Source of the DNA: Eledone cirrhosa
Lineage: Eukaryota
NCBI GenBank assembly: GCA_964016885.1
Contig: OZ024743.1
Coordinates: forward strand, 38,440,001 to 38,504,000
Reading direction: 5' to 3'
Length of the DNA: 64,000 nucleotides
The number at the start of each line of letters is the position of its first letter. The first letter of the stretch is position 1. Shown piece after piece: positions 53,850 to 64,000 of this stretch. The notes under the pieces are model-generated. The model had not been told where the DNA came from, did no database searches, and saw only the letters and a program-made list of their open reading frames with translations. The position numbers and the translations under genes were made by a program.

Positions 53850-55082
53850 CATACAGTATGTTAATAGACCAAAAGAAATTGCCGTTTTAATTCAAACATC
53901 ACCATGTTCACCTCTATGTCTTTTCTTCATTCAGTGTAGCAGTGCTCATGTGTATATATTTCTGACCATATCACAATTCGCACTGTGATATGTTAATAGC
54001 ATTGCATTTATGATAATGTCTTCTCACATAGATTCTAATTATATATTTAACAATTGTCAAATTATATTCTTAAAATGTTTAAATTAAGCCAAGGATCGAA
54101 CGTTCGATATTGGTTTTTCTTAAACTGATATTTTACTAACTCTGTAAGGTTTTGTCTATAGGTGTGTGTATGTTGGGGCTATGTATGTGTTTGATATATG
54201 TTTAAGTATGAGAGATTGTATGTGTGATTTAGACGAACCGTGCTCGGTGCCTTGATTAACATGATTGAGCATAATGAGCAAAATCCACTAAATCTGAGCT
54301 CAGATGGCTTCATGAACTTCCTGATTAAACACTGACTTACTGTCAACCACCCCATTTAACAGAGAGGTTGGAAACTATCGCGCTAAACAGTTCCCACACG
54401 ATTACGATGAACTCTGTTCAGGAAGTTCTCTAAATTTGGATGTAACAATTCCTGCATAGAAAATTCTAACTTCCTCGTCGACCCTCCCTTCCCACTTTAT
54501 CTTGCAGGTCAAGATGTGCTTCACTGCATTTTGTGCGGGCTTTAGATAAGTAGATTGTGATGAGTTGACAAGTGAACCATTCTCTTTAAACGAACATCCA
54601 GCATACATACGAAGAAATTATAGGCAATAGAAAATCAATTACTGATTTTCGACCTGGAGTCTTCGTATACGAAGTTTAATTATGGTGATCTTTGTGCTGG
54701 AAAAAGGGCGTTCATAGTAGAGAGCCTGTTACTAGAACAGCGTTTACTTTCACATTTATTGTGTGGGTCTCTCTCCTTCCTATCATTCTTTAGCGTATCA
54801 GATGTTCTTTCGCAGGCGAGATGGTAACAGCGTCCATATCTAAGATATAGGAGGACTATGGGATTAAATGGGAATCTGATTTTAGATCAGCAATTAATGT
54901 ATTCTGGTACACCATTAACTGACGTATTAATAAAATATCCTTCTCCATTCCAATTATGTTTGCTCTCACCAGAGATACATATCCCTGGGGAGTAGTAGTA
55001 AGAAGTGCGTGAGCAACCAACGTGTATGATAAAGTGTTTAACCAACTCTGTGCCAACATGTGTACCTACATAATTGATATAT

Positions 55083-55293
55083 ATGTGAGAAAAACCACAG
55101 ACCCTCCATCTCAACTCACCTTTTGAAAAGCAGAAGAACTGCGAAACCGGTAAAGGAACCAAATAAATATATATCATTTAAAAAAAAATAAGACTCCAGT
55201 TGCATTTTCGATTTCATCTCTTTTTCTTTATACTTTCACTCGTGTAGGACACCTCGGTTATTTTTCATTTTGTAAAAAAAACCTCACTTTCTA

Positions 55294-55296
<3 letters not shown>
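55083..55296 (+). mobile_element. Solo family H3 unit with U3-A8 hammerhead (55119-55156)
   Basis: Near-identical to the reverse complement of 28822-29040; HHR identical to 29071-29108; ends in (TA)n. Confidence 0.88.
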
Positions 55297-55349
<53 letters not shown>

Positions 55350-55879
55350 TATTATTATATTACATTCAAAGTAAAGGATGTCATTACTGATAAAAAATCA
55401 AACATATGTCTTTTCTCTAAAAACACCTCAAGATAGAATTCAGAGAATAAAATCTTTGAATGTAATAATTATATTTTTGAATATTTGAACATAATATTTG
55501 AATATAATAATAATATTTCTCCTCCCTATTTGGTGAGCTATTTAATATGTGGAGGGGTTGGAGTGCTATTTCTAGTGGACGAGAGCGCTTTCATGTCGTT
55601 GCGGGTGCTAAATTCATATATTGATACCATGTGATTTTAGTCTCTTTCAACACTGTATTTACCGAGATTGGGTAATTTTGAAATTCCCTCACGGACAATG
55701 CGTGTCAAAATAAATGATTTCGCCGTTATTTGGTGAAATGGAATCTGATTTTTTGGAGGTTACATATGAGAGAAACATATTGATCATGCTTCACGCTCAG
55801 AGTTGCTGAAGCATGGAACAAACTACCTGCGTCAGTTGTTAGCTGTCTAGACACTGCATCCTTTAAAACCTCCACTGCA

Positions 55880-55960
55880 GCTGGGGTCGATAAAATAAAG
55901 TACACTGGTATAATTGCTGGCCTTGTGCCTAAAGTAGAAACAATTATTATTATCATTATT
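55880..55960 (+). mobile_element. SINE family A 3' fragment
   Basis: ggggtcgataaaataaagtac...gctggccttgtgcctaaagtagaaacaattattatt. Confidence 0.65.
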
Positions 55961-56112
55961 ATTATCTGGTATTTTGTTTTAATTTGTTATTAATTTTAAA
56001 AAGATGCTCTACGAATTATGTAATCATACATTCAGTGCGGATTGTCTCTAAGGCTTTCTTCGATACATCTTAATATACGTATAAGTAGGTATGGATATCT
56101 TTCATTAAGTTT

Positions 56113-57896
<1,784 letters not shown>

Positions 57897-57917
57897 ATAT
57901 ATATATATATCCTTACA

Positions 57918-57986
<69 letters not shown>

Positions 57987-58020
57987 AATATACATATAGT
58001 AATATAGTAATATAGAAGTG

Positions 58021-58197
58021 TATTGTTATACTTTGGGAGGGTCATGTTGCCAATAAGAAACACACGCACCACTAGCTTTCACTTCAGTTTATTATATATT
58101 TATAAATTTACAAATTTAAAAATTTATAAATTTCTGGTTGGTTGGTTGGTTCCACAACCATATAGTTGTTTATATATAGTCATAGTCCTTTCGTCAC
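58021..58197 (-). mobile_element. Solo PLE pLTR terminal fragment (7658 family), truncated inside the HHR
   Basis: Close match to 7658-7842, ending at tcctttcgtcac. Confidence 0.88.
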
Positions 58198-58205
58198 GAA
58201 ATATT

Positions 58206-58361
58206 GAAGTGCTTACACAACAGTTAGTTCACCATACCGAGAACAATTGTTTCACCTCAGCGGATCCTCAGCTAGTAATTGACGTCCATTATGATCTGAG
58301 GATCCGCTAAGATGAAACAATTGTTCTCGGTATGGTGAACTAACTGTTGTATAACCACTTC
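58206..58361. repeat. Fold-back with degenerate hammerhead cores on both arms (family H6)
   Basis: Arms of ~65 bp around a ~24-nt spacer; each reads CTGAGGA tccgct.ag.t GAAA caattg TTC. Confidence 0.7.
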
Positions 58362-58431
58362 TACCTAACTGGTCCAATGGAATAAGTGCTCTACCACTAA
58401 TGTCTATTACTTTTCAGTGTTCTACCTCTAA

Positions 58432-58474
<43 letters not shown>

Positions 58475-58547
58475 GTTAAAGAATGGAAGTGTAACACACA
58501 AGTTATTATATATTGGTAAATGTCAGCATTTTGTCTTCCGTTTACCA

Positions 58548-58602
<55 letters not shown>

Positions 58603-58605
<3 letters not shown>

Positions 58606-58777
58606 TCATTTATTTATTGGTGTATGTGTATGTGTGCATGTGTCCGCGTATGTATGTATATATGTACATACATATATATATATACATAAATATATATATA
58701 TATATATGTATGTACATATATACATACATACGCGGACACATGCACACATACACATACACCAATAAATAAATGAATTT
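58603..58777. repeat. Perfect low-complexity palindrome around a (TA)n centre
   Basis: aaattcatttatttattggtgtatgtg...gtccgcgtatg / catacgcggac...caccaataaataaatgaattt. Confidence 0.9.
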
Positions 58778-59126
58778 ATATATATATATATATATATATT
58801 AGAAAGATCGAGTATCGAAAAATCGGCGCACGAGTTCACGATAAACAAAATTCGAAATGAGCGGCAGAGGGCTCAATAATTCAGATGAATCAGAGCTATA
58901 ACTATCGTTAAAATACCGTCACATATAGAACAAGTCTACAATCAACCATACGATAAAAAATCGATAATAGAAGATTCGGGACAAACAGATAAAAAATATC
59001 AATAAAACAATACATCAATAATTTAAATGAATGTAAAATCATACCCGGACCCACTAGAAAGGTGTTAAATCTAGCTTCTTGGGTTTCTGTAAATCCTTAG
59101 ACTGTACTCTATCAGCTCACATATAA

Positions 59127-60089
59127 ATATTGTTATGCTTTGGGAGGGTCATGTTGCCAATAAGAAACACACGCACCAGCTGTTTTCACTTCAATGTATT
59201 ATAAATTAAAATTATAAATTTAGGAATTTATAAATTTACGGTTGGTTGGTTGGTTCCACAACCAGACGAGACGATTGTTCATATATTGTCAAAGTGCTTT
59301 CGTCACATATTATGTGACTTCTTTAGTGACTGGGGATTCTTTTCTTTGCTTTCGTGCCTCTCTTTTTTTCTGTCCTACGCCATCTTGTTTTTGCTGTGTG
59401 CTTACTTTGCGCATGTGTTTCATCCGGATGTATGTGTGTGTTTATATTTGTTTATTTATTTATTTATTTACATGTTACTGGTTAATTGTTTGTTCTATGT
59501 GTGTGTGTTTTTCATTTTGTCCTTAATCGTAAGTTGTGATGTTGCTATTCTATTCATGTTTTCTATTTAATTTTGTTTGGAGTTCATTTATGTTTATTGC
59601 CTTTAAATACGCAATGTTTAGACAAATCACAGAGGCTTTAAACATAAATAAACTCCAACCAAAATTAAATAGAAAACATGAATGGAAGAGCAACATCAAA
59701 CCTTAAAATTAAGGATAACATTAAAACACACACACACACATAGAACAAACAACCAACCAGTAACATGTAAATAAACAAATAAATAAATAAATATAAACAC
59801 ACACAGACACACGGATCTAACACATGCGCAAACTAAGCACACAACAAAAACAAGATGGCGTGGGACCGAACAAAGGAGAGGCGCAAAAGCAAAGAAAAGA
59901 ATCCCCAGTCACTGAAGAGGTCACAGAATGTGTGACCAAAGAACTTTGACAATATAAGAACAATCGTCTCGTCTGGTTGTGGAACCAACCAACCGGACAT
60001 TTATGAATTCCTAAATTTATGAATTGAAGTGAAAGCATCCAGTGCGTGTTTCTTATTGGCAACATGACCCTCCTAAAGCATAACAATAT
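59127..60089. mobile_element. Inverted pair of PLE pLTRs (7658 family), each with a mutated hammerhead (59287-59331 minus, 59907-59950 plus)
   Basis: The two halves are diverged reverse complements, joined through the last GIY-YIG codons (AMFRQITEALNINKLQPKLNRKHEW). The cores read CTAAAGA...GAAA and CTGAAGA...CAAA. Confidence 0.9.
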
Positions 60090-60554
60090 CGGTTTCAACA
60101 CACGTTTTCAGATAAAGAATGTTGCTAAACAAATTCAGAAACGATATATATTTCTTTTTTTTTTCTTTTTTATATAGCATAGCATAGATGACCGTATTTT
60201 ATACAAATGTGAACACTTAGCACACATGCAGATTAGATACATAAAAAAAAAAACACAACGTTGAAGTTTCGTTTATATGTTCTTATTTGTTATCGAATGG
60301 CTACGTACTCTTCCCAGATGACTGGCACAAGGTTACCTGAGGAAACAATGAACCGGGCTCCAGCATCGATCTCCTCATTAGACTTGTTGATTCAGCAAAA
60401 AACACAGTATGTTTAATCACCAACTCTGACTTGCAAATAGATGCTGGAGACCGTTCCATAGCTTCCATAATTGACCTTCAGCTAATCCCCCCTAAAACAT
60501 CCCTAATCTGTCGATAATCAATAAATACATGTACATTAAACCTCATCGCTTTTT

Positions 60555-60585
<31 letters not shown>

Positions 60586-60613
60586 GATCTAATGATAGAT
60601 GTAAAGATAGATG

Positions 60614-60721
<108 letters not shown>

Positions 60722-60798
60722 AATAGATAAATAGATAGATAGATAAATAGATAGATAGACAGACAGACAGATAGATAGTTAGATAGATACATAGATAT

Positions 60799-61716
60799 AT
60801 TTCTTTATTAGCCACAAGGGAACAAAGGAAGGGGACAAATACAAATGGGGTGGTTACATACAGGTATATGAAAATAAAACTATTAATAAAATAAGAAATA
60901 ACAATTGAAATCCCCAATATTGGGGAGGCGTTATACAGGGGTTATACACACCCCGAAAACATGTACAACCCTCATTTCCAGGAGCACCAAGAGTGAGTAC
61001 TCCTCGCCTCTCTTTCTCTTTTTCCTCAACCTACAGGCTTATATAGAGAGAAGACCCAACCACACGGGCCATCTTTGCCACATTCACCCACGTTTTATAA
61101 AATTTGTTGGGGTATAGCACCTCACTCTCCATCCTGATTTTTCAAAATGATATTTGAAAAAATGAATCAGTTGTTCGCCGGATAGAAAGGTGTCTGGGCT
61201 CAGCTTTTTTAACTTCGTCCACCATATAACCTCTTTCACCATAGCCATAACACATAGGAAAACCGCCTCGCCTTCGTTTTTGAAGGAGGGTGGCGGTTAT
61301 ATCATGACAATGGACTCGGTGGTCAACTAGATTGGTCCCACCCGTGACAATAGTCCTACTACATAGTCCCACAGGTTGGTAACGCCCGGGCAGTGTACAA
61401 ATCCGTGTGCGACGGTTTCCTCGTCGCGCACGCATCTCGGACATATCTTTTTCGAAGGGTCCCTGCCCGGGCGCCCGTGTCTGTAGTGCTTGTCTCGAAC
61501 TGGTAGAGCTTCTCGGTAGCACTGCTAGGCCAGTGTCCTTTGGAACTTGTCCATCGGTCACGGGCGGAAGGTTCTACCGAACAGACTGGCCAGTTCGTCT
61601 TCCTCTACGCCTAGAGTTTCCCAGAGCGCGTCGTCGCACTTGCTGGGCACCAACCCTCTATAGAATGACGAAGTGGAGTCTCCACTGATCGACGGGTCCG
61701 CCTGCCAGAGGGCTGT
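60799..61716 (-). mobile_element. 5'-truncated L1/Tx1-like LINE (ORF2 C-terminal CCHC region plus 3' UTR) within a (GATA)n tract
   Basis: Minus strand encodes ICPRCVRDEETVAHGFVHCP and AVFLCVMAMVKEVIWWT. The 3' end has aataaa, and (GATA)n lies on both flanks. Confidence 0.8.
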
Positions 61717-61800
<84 letters not shown>

Positions 61801-61803
61801 GAT
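61717..61803. repeat. (GATA)n microsatellite
   Basis: Direct inspection. Confidence 0.99.
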
Positions 61804-64000
61804 ATAAGCATACACAAAGTAATATCAAAGTTATGTAAAGAATGTAAATTATTAGAGTCTCTAAAGAGGGTGTTTCTTTAGTGAGAAACCTAGAATTAAG
61901 CATATATTAAAGAGGAAAAATTATTCTATACGGAAGTTTAACTTCAATTTTCCACTTCACAACTTTACAAACGGTTATATTTTCTTATATTATTGATTTA
62001 TAAACATAATGATATTTGACATAGATAATGAACCGTTTCATGTAAGAGTACGGGAAATATTGGTTATACCGTTGCTCTGCCGATCAAAATGTACGAGGTT
62101 AGATTCCTTGCCCCTGTAGCGTGTTATGTTTTTCAAAAAACAAAACGATTCATGTCATGTTGCCTCAATCCATTCTGTTGAACATCTGTTTCACCAGAAG
62201 TAGTAGTTAGCGTTGGCATTGCCGCCGACCGACAAACTCATGTATTTTTAATCAAGTAGCACACATGGAATCGGGCTTCCAACCCAGCAAGTATAATAAC
62301 ATTAACTCATTAATTCCTCTACGAGTAATATCACAAGTGAAAAAGAGATTGAAAACACTATAATTGTAATTCACACTGCTGTACAAGGGCTCGCAAATTA
62401 TGCTTCTTTAAAATGTTAATTCATCTAATACATATTCGTTTAGTGATATTTTAAAATATTTGCTAATACATGACAATGAAATCCACATTAAATTCCATAG
62501 CCTTTACTGATTTGTTTCAATTTAGACTTAATTCATAGAATTAAAAGCATCTTACTTTTTTTATTTTGCTTTACAAGTGTATTTAGATTGCTGTGACAAT
62601 TACCTGTCTTTAACCTGTCGTTTAATATAAATTAATGTTGATTCGGTAAATCATTAACGTTTAAGTATAATAAATTAATATTGCTTTATCACCGAATACA
62701 TAACTTGCCTTCTTTTCATTAGATTGACTTCTCTTCATTTTTATTCGACACCCCTTTTCCTGCAATAAAGGCTAGAAATACTAACCAAATATTGCCTTCC
62801 CACTGATTATGATATTATAGGTGCGCTACAAATATATGACTGAGTGAGTATTGTGAGATTTATAATTAAACACATATAGAAAGCAAAGGTGCTACATAAT
62901 ATATATATATATATGGGATAACAACTTATTATTTTAGGTAAGCCAGTTAGAGGTTGTGAGTACTCTGTACTATGGATAGTTTTAACTTACGGCGTTGTTT
63001 AACTCAACAAGAGATTTTCTTAGTAAGGTAGCGAGTATCCGAGAATTCCTATGCAAGTCATTCTTGGAATATTAGTAGTGAAAAAGTGAAGAATAACATG
63101 GTATAACATGAGTATTCCGATGATTTGATTTGAGGCACACACTGTATTTAAGGTCGAGTGACGCAATTTCGAGTGATCAGCGGCCTTTAGACTCATCTAA
63201 TCAATATAATTGATCACGAGAAAATGTAGTAGCGAAATGAATTTCTTAACCACACAACCATGACTGTATTTTTGAAAGACATATTTTTTGTTAGGTTCGA
63301 CATATACATTTATATCTGATTGAACGTCTAAATATTATTAAATAGTACAGGGATTTGTTGAATGATAAATGGATGAATTAATTTCGTTAATATAAACTTT
63401 GTAGATTTACTATTATTATTAGTCACTATCCAGTCACTATAGTAGAATGCAAATTACTCAAAGTTCTACATTCACTGGCAGGAATTTATTATATAAATGT
63501 ACCTCGTCAGTGTACATCATTACCTAAACGTTGTGGTTGACAGTGTATAAAATGCATATATGAGATGAAGTGAATTGTTATATGAGGTAGTCAGGCAGAA
63601 AGCAATTTTTCATTTTGAATATCTGGAGGAGCAAGTCTACTTAATATAATGCAACAGAATGTATTTCGGCATCATGTCAGCTGGTACTTGCTCTTGCCAG
63701 GTATGCTGGTTAAGGAGCAAAATAAGCATTTATTGAAAGCTTCGTTGTATATTCATTGCATGAACGAATAATCCTAAACATTCCAATACCGAAAATGGCA
63801 CTAGTGATTGGAAATAATTGAAGGGAATAGCTCATGTCCAGGAAATGCCAAATTTTCTGGTTTGTGAATGGTTTGTGATTGTGTGGAATAGAATATGCAG
63901 GTAAAGATCAATATACCAATGCGGATGCTGAATCTAGAATGCAGCAGAAATAACTCGATCACTAATGAAGACTGACAGAGCCATCTGTTGTTGAGTTATC

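Noticed and set aside
54230-55080. Complex sequence with short ORFs, possibly an exon or an old LINE
   Set aside because: Stops interrupt the frames and there are no convincing motifs or splice pairs.

Overview
AT-rich eukaryotic, apparently non-genic DNA dense in (TA)n, (CA)n and (GATA)n microsatellites. The SINE/LINE content suggests an invertebrate, most likely a cephalopod such as Octopus (inference). No host exon can be supported, and most predicted ORFs are microsatellite translations. Mobile elements identified: two neighbouring Penelope-like elements (PLEs; RT plus GIY-YIG; 44.3-46.6 kb and 47.5-50.4 kb) and several PLE 3' fragments and pseudo-LTRs (pLTRs); a near full-length but frameshifted RTE-clade LINE (33.6-37.6 kb); an L1/Tx1-like 3' fragment inside a (GATA)n tract; an R4/Dong-like RT relic; an internally deleted mariner; a second Tc1/mariner transposase relic; and tRNA-derived SINEs. 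The most striking signal is about 20 type I hammerhead ribozyme (HHR) motifs, ranging from well formed to decayed, in roughly ten sequence families with no obvious similarity to one another. Many lie in short non-coding fold-back elements beside (TA)n tracts, often with one HHR on each strand. Several carry the compensatory U3-A8 core (TTGANAA) instead of C3-G8 (CTGANGA). All structures were derived by eye and none has been tested.
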